A DNA stretch of 64,000 nt from Octopus sinensis. Lineage: Eukaryota. Below are positions 53,070-64,000 of the stretch, in pieces. The stretch is from contig NC_043013.1 in the NCBI RefSeq assembly GCF_006345805.1, forward strand, positions 21,824,001-21,888,000. Reading direction: 5' to 3'. A program made the position numbers and the translations under genes. The notes below the pieces were generated by a model. The model did not search any database, was not told where the DNA came from, and worked only from the letters and a program-made list of their open reading frames with translations. Within the stretch, counting starts at the first letter, position 1, and every line of letters begins with the position of its first letter.

Positions 53070-55168
53070 TACTCATAGTCTGATATAATAATATTTCGGA
53101 ATATAAAAATTACCTATTCAGATATTGCTACGAATTGATCGAGTTACTGCTGTAATCGTTTTTTCTCAACGGTTACTGAATTTATTTTTCGGAAGCGTCT
53201 CTGCAGTGGTGTTACGAAGCCTCTGCTGGAATTCCTCATGAGAAGTGCGTGAGGGCGGCCCTGTCTCGAGCTCGGGTGTGTTGGCATATCCGCAGCGCTG
53301 CTTCTAAGTTATGTATTGTACGTGTTGTTTTTTTATAATACCTGAGCATGTTACCAGAAATGAACTTACACACATCCAGATGTAGCTGAATTATATACTG
53401 GCTGAAAATATGCAGCATGTTGTTAATTTGGAGTCCTAGTCTGTCTATGAGGAAGCTATCTTCATGGACAGACTAGGGCCCTAATATTTCAGAAGACTGA
53501 GGTTGGTGTTGCGCTCAAAATTGACTGGATATAAGAAAATCCAAGCAGTCGATACGTGGGTGATAGCATCACTTCGGTATGGAGTGGGAATTATAAAATG
53601 GCAAAAGAGAGAAATGAAGAATACCAAGACCAGAAACATTTTGACAGTGCACAGAGCTTTCCCTCCTAAGAGTGACACTTGTCCCGAAGAAAGTGTGGGA
53701 GTGGCTTCATCAATTTCCAGTTGCCAGGACTGTAGCGAAACAGAGAAAAACAACCCAGAGTGGAATATACAAAAACAAAATGAAACACACAAAGGCAGGC
53801 ATCATCGACACTGAAAATTGTTACATCAGTAAATATAAAATTGCTTTCCAAATGACTTCCTTTGCAGTCAACATCATCACTGTTGAGGGATTGATGCAGT
53901 CCCTTAAAGGTGATGAATTCCCTTTCTCTACGAAAGTCTGGTACCAGATCGTTTCATTCCACAACTCCTCAATAATGAACCCCGGTTGCTGCTGGGTTTT
54001 GATGATAATTCAAAGAGACAGGGTCATAAAGGTAATAGCGTCTCCCCAGGCACAACATCTGACTTGGTTCTTGGACTTCAAGACAGGTTCTATTAAAAGA
54101 ATTGGTCTGTCAGCAGTTTGAAGCATACTTTTGTGTCTGTACACACTTCGCTGTTTCAAATTGTCTTTCAACGCAAGAAGCGAATGGAGAAAATTCCCGC
54201 CATCTGAATGCAATAATCATACAGTCGGTAAGAAAGCGACAAGAGTTTTTGAGATGAGTGAGTTCCCGGTGATTGCAAATATGTGGTTGAGTTGGTGGGA
54301 CTGTCGATGCATACACTCAATCGTGTGCATCTATTCACATAAGAATCACAGATGGAGTAGTTTGGGAATGTTTTACAAATCTTCACTGTGCCACTAAAAG
54401 ATTCGATTTGGACAATCCGCGTCAGTTTTTCTTTTGCTCATTCTCTGTGAAACCGAGTATTTATAGGTTTTTCTGCAAATGTGCAAATTTTTTGTTACAT
54501 AATCTAATGCACTTCTGATGAAAGGTGCAAACGAGACTTTATGGTCAGGGTACAAGAGCTGTAAGTTTGCCATAAATGTTCTATTTTCCTAAGACTTTTG
54601 ATTGTATATTCACATCCGTTGGGCAGCTGACCCCTACAACAATGCATGACATTTTTCCCCTGTACCACAGAACAATATCAGGTCTGCTATATTTGCACCG
54701 AATTGACGTTTGTTTTTGCGGGGAGTTCCACCAGTATTCCTTGCTTTCAAAAGGTCTGATTACTTGCTGGTTCTAACATGGCTTCGATGTATACGTCCGA
54801 GCAGTCCTTCCTATGGGTAGCATCGTAAATAGTCTTTGCAACTATATCATGCCTCAGGGGCAGGTAGAATCTCGTAGGCATTTTGTCGCAACTACTGATG
54901 ATGTGGGTGACATCTTTCACACTGGTATAGCAGAGCCGACATTTTCCATCACAGCATGGAGGTTTGATGCTATCTTTGTCCCTTTTGTTCATCGAGTATT
55001 TAGTAGTTATCTGTACGTATGAGTGTGCGTGTATGTATGTAAATCAAAGTCCTGGCCTCAATATAACAGACTAACACATTTTTGAAGGTGGTGCCTTAGT
55101 CTTGTCCAACTGACTGTGTATAATTCAAACAAAATAAATAAATAAAAACAAGAAAATTACGCCCTTAC

Positions 55169-55399
55169 CTCTGTTTATTTCGGTGTAAGACCAAACCGTG
55201 TCAAATCCTAACTGAACAGTTCCATGATCTTTAGTTGACAAGTGGCATTGTTTGTAATTATAGCTATAGTCAAATGATTGGCAATTTGGTTTTGCTCCGC
55301 AGTCAAGAAGACATTGCGTGTAATTGAAGGCAGAAAAGACACCCAAATCATTGTGTAAAGGTAGACCAGCTTGGTCAATAAAATCAAAAGGACATCTTC
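55169..55399 (-). CDS. PAN exon 2 of the inverted paralog
   Basis: GRCPFDFIDQAGLPLHNDLGVFSAFNYTQCLLDCGAKPNCQSFDYSYNYKQCHLSTKDHGTVQLGFDTVWSYTEINR; 231 nt, CTTGCAG acceptor, GTAAGG donor, all five Cys kept. Confidence 0.85.
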
Positions 55400-55579
55400 C
55401 TGCAAGAAGAAGAAAATAAATAAATCAATGTTGTCTTTTATAGTTTTTCGTAATGGTGGTGGGACTATTTCCGGTGAATGGTTTTATTATTTTTGAATAA
55501 TGAGAAATAATTAATAGATAATTTTTCTACTTTTAATAGACATCAATATTATGATAATATTGTGATGATAAAAGAGAGG

Positions 55580-55610
<31 letters not shown>

Positions 55611-55634
55611 TAATGATAATAATAATTATAATAA

Positions 55635-58600
55635 ATTATTTTATTAGCCATGATCGCTCACATAAAATAACATTGAATGACATGCAACAACATAACAGAT
55701 AAAAACGGGATGATACAATGGGTTTTACTGCGTGTAAACAATAAATAACAAGTAAATCAAACAAACAAACAAATCTCCCAATAGGGGAGGCGTTTTAAGG
55801 TCCTCATGGAAAACCCCAGAAAATCCACGGATGCCTGATCAACAGGGCAAGAGCGCTTCTTTAACACCCTTTTATTGTTTACAGGCGCGCGCTCAGAAAT
55901 GGTCATTTTGCACTGGACACTTTTCCAGCATTCACCCTCCTTTCAACACACTTACTACAAGGCAACACTTCCCTCTCCACCCCTAACTTCCATTTCAAAT
56001 GAAACTTGAAAAAGTTGGTGAGGGCTTGGCCAAAGAGGAAAGTCTCTGACTTTAGCCCTTTCAGACGAGTCCACCATACTACCGATTTCGTTACAGCCAC
56101 TAAACAAATAAAAATTGCCTGCTCCTCCCAGCCAAAGGAAAGCGGTGGGGTAATACTCAATATGGATTCAGCTGATTGCCGGATCCGTCCAACACGTGAC
56201 AGCAGGTGTTCGACATAAACCCACAGAGGTCAGCAATATTCGGTCACTGGACGAGGGCGTGTAGAACGGTTTCATCGTTCCGGGCACACCTTGGGCAGGC
56301 CTGGCTGACGTCACTTCCGTACCTGTAAAGTTTATCCCAATCAGTCAGCACCCCTCGGTGGCACTGCCAGGCAAGGGATTTCTCGAACTTATTCATAAGA
56401 CTAGGCCAGAAAGTTCTTCGAAGCAGATCATTTCGTTGATCTTCATCGACGCCTAGAGTTTCCCCGAGAACGTCGTCGCGATATCCTTCCACTAGCCCTC
56501 TATAGAACGCTTGAATGGAACTACACCGACCTCATTGTTCGCCTGGCGGAGGGCTGTGCCAAGCACCCCTTCTTCGGTCTACGCTTAATCCAGGTTTGCA
56601 GCTCAGTCAAAGGGACGGTCTGTGGAAAAATGTAGCTGACAAACAGTGACCACACCTGCTCACCGTCAAGGAAACGTTGCAGATGCCGCAAACTCAATGA
56701 ACGTCTGCGAATTAGTAACCACGGCATGCCCAGCCCTTCACTCAGCGACTGTTGACAGTAGTTGGAGCGCCTGACCAGTGGAACGTGCTTCTTCCACAGA
56801 AAAGGGAAGAGTAAACGCACCAGGTTGGTCAACCAGCAAACGCGGCAAGGGACGACGGCCAAGTGGTAATAGATGAGAGATGCGATGTACACATTCGTCA
56901 CCTCCCCTCGACCGCTCTGAAGCAGCTCCCTATCGGCCCATTTCTTGGTGAGGTTGGCTACCTTGCTCGTCACCTCGTCCCAGTTTTTCTCCACTTGGAA
57001 GTCTGGACCAAACCAGACTCAGAGCAATGCAATTTAATGGGCCCGTCTGTCCAGCACCCCACGACGCTGTTGGACGGCATGGACTTGCCACTCCAGGTGT
57101 CGAGTTGCAAGCCACTGACTTTTCCGCGTTAATTTTTGCTCCTGCCACCGCTTCATATTCTCATATTCTTGTAGTGTGTCGCCAATCAGGTCTATATGCC
57201 TGTTGCTGGAAACTATTACGGTGACACCGTCAACGTAAGCAGACACACTTCTCCCACAACCTAGATCACGCGGGACAGCCCTCAAAGCATCCAACTTCTG
57301 CAGTAATGGCTCAAGAATCACTACATACAAAAGGAAGGAGAGAGGAAACTCTCGACGGAACGAACGGAACATGCTGAATGGATCCGACAAGTGACCATCA
57401 TCCGAACAAATCAACGATCAAACTCCGGAAAACTGGACCGAAACCGGCTGCCCTGAGGACAGCTGCCAAGTATTGATGGTCGACCCTATCAAAGACTTTA
57501 GATTGATCAAAATTAATCAGAGCCCCACCCATGCCAGCTTCGTTACCCACCCTCACTATGATGTAACGCATAAGACGGAGATTGTCTTAAATAGTCTTGG
57601 TTGGGATGGTGCATATTAGCGCCTCGTCAACCAGCTTGTCCATGAGAGGCGCTAACCTCTTGGTTAACACCTTGATCAAAATCTTCAACTCTGCATTGAA
57701 CAGAGTGATGGGCCTGAAATTTTCTACACTGTACCCCTTGTTTGGGTCCCTTTCACAGCGATTTCACCTCCCCATTGACAGACAAAAGTGGGAATTCTCT
57801 CATTCTGCTGCCAGTTTCACTAGACGTTTGCTAAGAGGCCCGCAAACAAGTCTGGCATCGAAGTATAAAACTCGTACGGCAGACCATCCAAACCTGGTGC
57901 TCTACCTCTCGTGCAACACTTCATCGCTTCCTGTAAGTCCGTGGCTGTTATTGGCCATTCGCAGCACTCTACCCCACTCACCGAGAGTCGTGGTAAGCCG
58001 TCCAGGCACTCACCAATGTCCGCCTTGTTATCCGTCCTACCATTCGTCCCGAACAGTCGAACCAAGTGCTGATGAAAAACCGCACACATCTCTTTCGAAC
58101 ACCTTGCATCCGTTCTGGTCCACCAAAGACCGAATGGTAGCTTTATTTCCACTTTTCACCTCTGTCACGCGGGCCCATCTTGACGTGTTCGTTCCCTCTC
58201 TGCAGCTTTCGTGTTTGGCGTCGAAAAATTGGTCGAGTTTCAACCTCACCGCCAACACGTCGGTTGCGATGCATGTCCTAAGTGCTTCATCTAACTTTTT
58301 AACTATATCTCCCTCTATTCTATTTCATCCTATCGTCAACGCCTTGCTAAACCAAATTAATTTTTCTCTAATTTGCCCTTTTAAGAGCAAACCAACAGTT
58401 GTTGACGATTGCCCCCCGACAATGTCCGCTTAACTAATTCGCTAATCTGGTCTCCGTAAGCTTGACACGCCGTGTTCGGCTTCCAGTAACCGGGACCGTG
58501 TCCACGAAGCCCATCGAAGTCGACTATACAGATCACAACTTTGTGGTCTGTGTAGATGACCATGTGAAATTGTGGACACCCGATGTTATCTTTGTCCGCT

Positions 58601-61130
58601 GGCTAACACAATATTCTATCTAGATACGATCTAGATAACCAGATGCGGTTTGTTCTACATTGACGCATTCGGGTAATCTAGTCGGTACCTGGCAGACAAT
58701 TAAAAACGCCTGAGTAGATTTTTGAGGTTTTTGCAACCCATCTCTCCTATAAGATACACCCACGCAATCGAAACATCCATCTAAGACAGCATTCTAATCC
58801 CCTACTAGTACGAATGTCCGAGACGTACTCCAGACGCTTGAAGTAATCAGACCACCCTGCCCCTGTCAAAGCATAGGCAGCCACCAGTCTGAAAGCCCTG
58901 CTGTCACTGCTGTTCACATCTAAGACCACCTACTTACATTCTGAATCCAGGAAGGCTGCCCTTATTTTTAAATCCGGACCCTTCCAGAAAAGCACCACAG
59001 TTTTACTACTACAACACCCTGGCCGACACGGAGATAGAAAAATGTTCGTGGGTCGGATAATCTGGATTCACTAATGGCTGCAACATTTACAGTAAATGAC
59101 CTCAGCTCATTTAAAAGGTGACGTTATTTCGAAGGTGGCCCGAGGCGACTGGCCTTTATAAAACTATAACCAAGTTATAATAAATTTAGAATGGAGAAGA
59201 GCACCACTTACTACTGTCTCCTGGTATGATGGTACACTTCGTGTGGGTGTTTCCCTAGCTTTTTCTATATTCTTTTTGTAAAAGACTTTTGGAGCCACCC
59301 CACAGCATCTGGAAATGATGTTTTTATGGTGTTGTAATTTTGTTGTGTGGTTTTTAATATCTGTATGCGTGCTGGTGGTGGTGGTGGTGACTTCTGTCAT
59401 GGTGGTGTTTGTATTGTCTCTTGAGCACGTAATTAAATGTATTATTGCCTGTATCAAAAGCTGTGAGGTTTGTGGTGCTAGTAGAATCTGTTTGTGGTGG
59501 TATTGATGTTTGAGGCGATAGCGCCGAAGGAGGTGGAGTTGGTACTTGAGGTGATAGTGCTGGTGGAGGTGGTGTTGTTGTTATCGGCTGTTGTGTGGGG
59601 GTGTTGCCGCTGTTGGGACGTTCAATGTCCTTGCGCCTCCCCACTTTTTTCTTCTACTGTCTTAGTAGATTTTTTTTTCTTGGGGTGGGGAAAATGTTTG
59701 CCACTCCCCCCACCTCTCGACTTCATTATTCGAACAGTCCAAGTTGTTTTGGTCGGGAAGGAGGATTGACTCCGACTTTTAGTTTTGTTGGTGTTCATTT
59801 GTTGCTGCTGCTACCTCTACAGAAGTTGTTGGTGGTGGTGTTACTGCTACTGGGGGTAGTGGTACTCAGACCGGTGCTGGGGGTACTCCGGCTGCTGCTG
59901 CTGTTAGGAGATGTCCCTGTTTCTGGTGTCGGTTGTAGCGTTCGACGCATCTCCCTGTATTTTGGCAGTCGACGTTGATGTGCTGGTTGTTTCCACAAAA
60001 GTAGCACCTCGGCCTCCTGCCCTCCACAGCCACGCGTAGTCTCGTGCTCTTCGGTAAGTTTAAGGAGTCAGGGATAGACTTTAGGTCTTCTTGTTCAATT
60101 TGGACAAAGCGTTCCAACTCATGACCCGTCCAATTTTGTCGGTGCAACTTATGCACCTCCAGGATCGCGCCGGATCCTCTATATCATAGAAGACAGAATA
60201 GAATAGAAATTCTGTCTCCATGATACTGGAACAGTGAATGAACAGATCTGTCTTCAAAAAAATAATAAATAACTAAAGGAATAAGTCTCAAAAGTTTGTG
60301 CATTTAAGGCGGCGAGCTGGGCGAAACGTTAGCACGCCGGGCGAAATGTGTAGCCGTATTTCGTCTGTCGTTACGTTCTGAGTTCAAATTCTGCCGAGGT
60401 CGACTTAGCCTTTCATCCTTTCGGGGTCGATAAATTAAATACCAGTTACGCACTGGGGTCGATGTAATCGACTTAATCCCTCTGTCTGTCCTTGTTTGTC
60501 CCTTCTGTGTTTAGCCCATTGTGGGTAGTAAAGAAATATATATCATAGAAGACAGAGGCCATCAGCCAACATATGATTATTTCAGGGGTACCCCCCTACC
60601 CGAGAATATTAATTTTGGTAACGTGCCGACCAAGACATGTCGGCACGACGATAAGGTCTTCTGAAAATAGTGGCACTGTGGAATGTTTTCTTGCTTCTTC
60701 CGTTGCGTAGCACACTTCCACAGTACCGAACCATTTTCCACGTGTCACTTATGTTTTCTTCTTCCAAATTGGTTTCAGAATTAGTTCCAGTTATTCTTGT
60801 GTTGCTCGTTCCAATGACTTTGTTGTTTGTTTATACATTTGTACGTAATGCTTCTTCTGTTTGTGTCCAGAACAATTTCTTTTGGGGTATTTAGTGAGAC
60901 ATTATTACCTTGTCCCACTAATAGCCCCTTGAAATTTTTTAAAAGCTCTAACGTGAAGTTTAACGTTTCTCGTGTGTGTTTCGCTGCAGAAGCGAAACCG
61001 TGTCTATTGGATTGTCATTTGCGTTTGTGTTTGTATTTTCTTCGTTGTTTCTCTTGTTCATAGCGGTGGTGGCTTTGGCGGCGTTTAATTGACTTTTTTC
61101 TTTTTCAGTGTTAATGGTGGTGCCGGTGGT
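55635..61130 (-). mobile_element. Mirror Tx1/L1-clade LINE retaining RT and 3' end (pseudogenised)
   Basis: GRAPGLDGLPYEFY, SAYVDGVTV (YADD equivalent), AKINAEKS, CPRCARNDETVLHAL. Many stops. Confidence 0.87.
60198..60538 (+). mobile_element. Family-2 SINE plus ~110 bp of extra 5' sequence, within an 18-bp TSD
   Basis: TATATCATAGAAGACAGA at 60180-60197 and 60539-60556; SINE body ~60308-60538. A single copy of the target sits at ~26700-26718 in the mirror. Confidence 0.88.
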
Positions 61131-61798
61131 GTCTGTCGTTGTTTGTCCACTCTATGTTTAGCCCCTTGTGGGTAGTAAAGAAATAGGTATTTCGTTTGCG
61201 GTTACGTTCTGAGTTCAAATTCTGCCGAGGTCGACTTTGCCATTCATCCTTTCGGAGTCGATTATTTAAGTAGCAGTTATGCACTGGGGTCGATATAATC
61301 GACTTAATCCGTTTGTATGTCCTTGTTTGTCCCTTCTGTGTTTAGCCCCTTGAGGGTAGTAAAGAAATAGGTAGTGACCTTCAGAACTCTTAACGGAAAA
61401 GAATCCCTTCTGTACACCAATAGCGGTTTAGAAAACAAAAACACTTACGTAACAGTCAACAACCTTCAAAAATACACAAGAAAAATTCAAATATACGCAG
61501 CGTTCAAAACACGTCTTACCTCGACGACGACGACAAGAACAACAACAACAACGACAACAACAACAATAACAATTGCAATAATAATAATAATAATAATAAT
61601 AACAATAATAATGATAATAATAACAATGATAATAATAATAATAATATTAATAGCAATAATAATAATAATAATAATAATATTAATAGCAATAATAATAATA
61701 ACAATAATAATAACAATGATAATAAGAATAATAATAATAATAATAACAATAATGATAATAATACTAATAATGATAATAATAATAATAATAACAACAAC

Positions 61799-61829
<31 letters not shown>

Positions 61830-61831
61830 TT

Positions 61832-64000
61832 AATACACCGGGGGACGATGAGAATACACCGGGGGACGTAAGAGAATACACCGGGGGACGTTTAAGATGT
61901 AAGAACGATAAAACATAGCTCCGAAATCTATCCACAAACTTCGAAGACAAGGACATCGTATGGAGCCAAAGATTTACTAACAAAGGATTGGACTGTATCC
62001 GAGTAAGTAATACTCACTGAAATTTATTACTATTTTCGAAACGAAATGATGTTTTCTGACTCGATATCATCTCCACCTCTAACACAACACATGAAAACAC
62101 TCGCGGTACATTACGATCTATCAACACCAGATCATCCCCGACCCCAAACACCATGTACAAAGGAACTACTAAGAAATAAAATAACACCGATATTATTCAA
62201 CTCAAGAATAACAATCAGGAGGTACGTACTTTAAACTTACAACACAAAATGTACGAAAAACTACACGTGCAAAACAATGTGACAACAGAAATCAACGGAC
62301 CGGTACCCTACGAAAATGACGACCGTCAAAATAATGGGCCGAACGTTGTTCCTCATGTCTCGCAAATAAAACCCAAAAGACATAAATGGACACGTGAGGA
62401 ATACATTTCTATCCTACACGCTTACTTCACAGCAGTGCTCTACCCAAAAATGAAAACACAACAACACATACATATAAAATATGGAAGGAAAATAACATAA
62501 ATATAGACTTGGATACAGCAATGAACCCTAATAAACTAGCAAACGTACGAAGATACATTCTCAACGCAAAAAAATATCAGAAATAGAAATAGCACATCTA
62601 AAAGAAAAAATATATCAGGAAAATGTAGATAGAAGCCACACAACAATGCCCAATAATATAAACACTGAAACAGTAAAACATGAAGACAAACGTAACATTC
62701 CCAACAAACACGATGTAAACAAAAAACAACAAACCCAGACCGTAAGGATGCATGATAAAACACGACAAAAAGCAAGCCAAAACACGGCAAACAAACATAT
62801 AAATTAGAAAGAAAGCGACACAAATCTAAAACCTGGAAACAACGAAGGGGAGCCTAAAGATTATGATAATATAAAAAGTAAAATAATCAAAGAACTGAAA
62901 ACCACAGAGCTTAAAATGGACCACCGACCATACCTCCCGAAAATCAAAATAGACGAAATAACAACACCAATTATAAACAGCATAAACCTAGCCGTCACGG
63001 AACTAATAGCCACTGAAACAAAAAGCGATATCACTGAGCTAAATGACTTAGTATACGCAGCAGCCACTGCAGCCACAAAAGAAGCTGGATACTCACTCAA
63101 ACCCATCCAAACAGGAGTACCACCACCCGAGAAAACCCTGTGGATAAATAACATTCAAAACAAAATACCAAAATTGAGAAAAGATCTGTCGATTCTTTAT
63201 CAAATCAGCAGACAATCAACGCTACTGAGCAACAAAAAGAAACCAAAAATACTCCGCAAATATAACATCACAGAAAAAGATTTACCTGAGATAAAAGAAA
63301 AGCTGAAGCAAGATATCCTTGCCACAAAGGATCCGCCGGTACGAGAAACGCCAGCGCTTCTTTGAACAAAACAAAAGGTCAACTCCAATCCCGAAAATTT
63401 CTACCAAGAACTTGGCAAAAATAAAATAGAAATCAATGCAGCACCAACGGCAGAAGAAGTGGAAGAATTCTGGAGAGAAATATGGTCGGCGAACGAACAA
63501 CCAAAACGAAAGGAGTATTAAAACAACAAACTCAGCATCTGAGCAACTTTAGGCCCCCATAACAACTGAAGAGGTCACCCAGGCACTGCAAAGACTAAGC
63601 AACTGGAAGGCACCTGGGCATGACAAGATCCCCAACTTGTTGAAATATCTAACAGGAATGCACAAAAAGCAGGCTGAAAACTTTAACAACATACTAGCAG
63701 AGCCAGAGACGATGCCTGAATGGCTCACGAAGGGGAAAACCATCTTAATTCCCAAATCAAATGAGACAGCAAAACCAGAAAACTACAGACAAATAACCTG
63801 TCTCCCTACAATGTACAAGGCATTTACTGCAGTGATATCGCAAAGGTTGAACAAGCACCTGGAAGAAAACTACCTGTTTCCAGAAGAGCAGAAAGGATGC
63901 CGCAAAGGCTCATATGGCTGTAAAGATCAACTAATGATTAATAAAGCCATAACTGAAGACAGCCACAGAAAGAAGAAAGGCCTCAGTATGGCCTGGATCG
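61832..64000 (+). mobile_element. 5' half of a second R4/Dong-clade LINE (continues beyond the window)
   Basis: Closely similar to 45388-47510 and preceded by a compound (TAA)n tract at ~61550-61831. Confidence 0.92.

Larger units (their letters stand above)
41857..61560 (-). repeat. Inverted duplication IR2, arm B (carries Dong, Passer-like and SINE insertions)
   Basis: Mirror of arm A; non-coding flanks are about 91-95% identical in the segments compared by eye. Confidence 0.95.

Overview
AT-rich, repeat-dense eukaryotic DNA. The SINE families and (TACA)n/(TAA)n tracts look like an Octopus-type cephalopod genome (my recognition, not a database hit). There are no prokaryotic features, CRISPR arrays, rRNA or tRNA genes. 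Two large imperfect inverted duplications organise the window. IR1 pairs 1-~5520 with ~10128-18421 and probably continues left of the window. IR2 pairs ~25430-39240 with ~41860-61560 around a ~2.6 kb spacer. A + strand host gene is built from phase-1 exons that each encode a PAN/apple-like Cys module (19566-19823, 30143-30373, 38188-38378), with a probable signal-peptide exon at 18973-19008. IR2 holds a convergent - strand paralog (55399-55169, 43302-43112). Both copies are open. The middle PAN exon differs by 20 amino-acid-changing versus 6 silent codons, while the last exon differs by 8 versus 8, which suggests domain-specific diversification. The geometry predicts an alternating head-to-head/tail-to-tail array of PAN genes. 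Comparing the arms exposes empty sites for young insertions: an intact pogo/Passer-like DD35D transposon (51075-53069), two CR1 LINEs, R4/Dong-type LINEs in (TAA)n tracts, and a SINE carrying extra 5' sequence. Older relics include Tx1/L1 LINEs, a Helitron fragment, mariner and Tc1-like fragments, and MITEs. Most ORF-track entries are microsatellite or antisense artefacts. All alignments and counts were done by eye, and TE boundaries are approximate unless a TIR or TSD is quoted.
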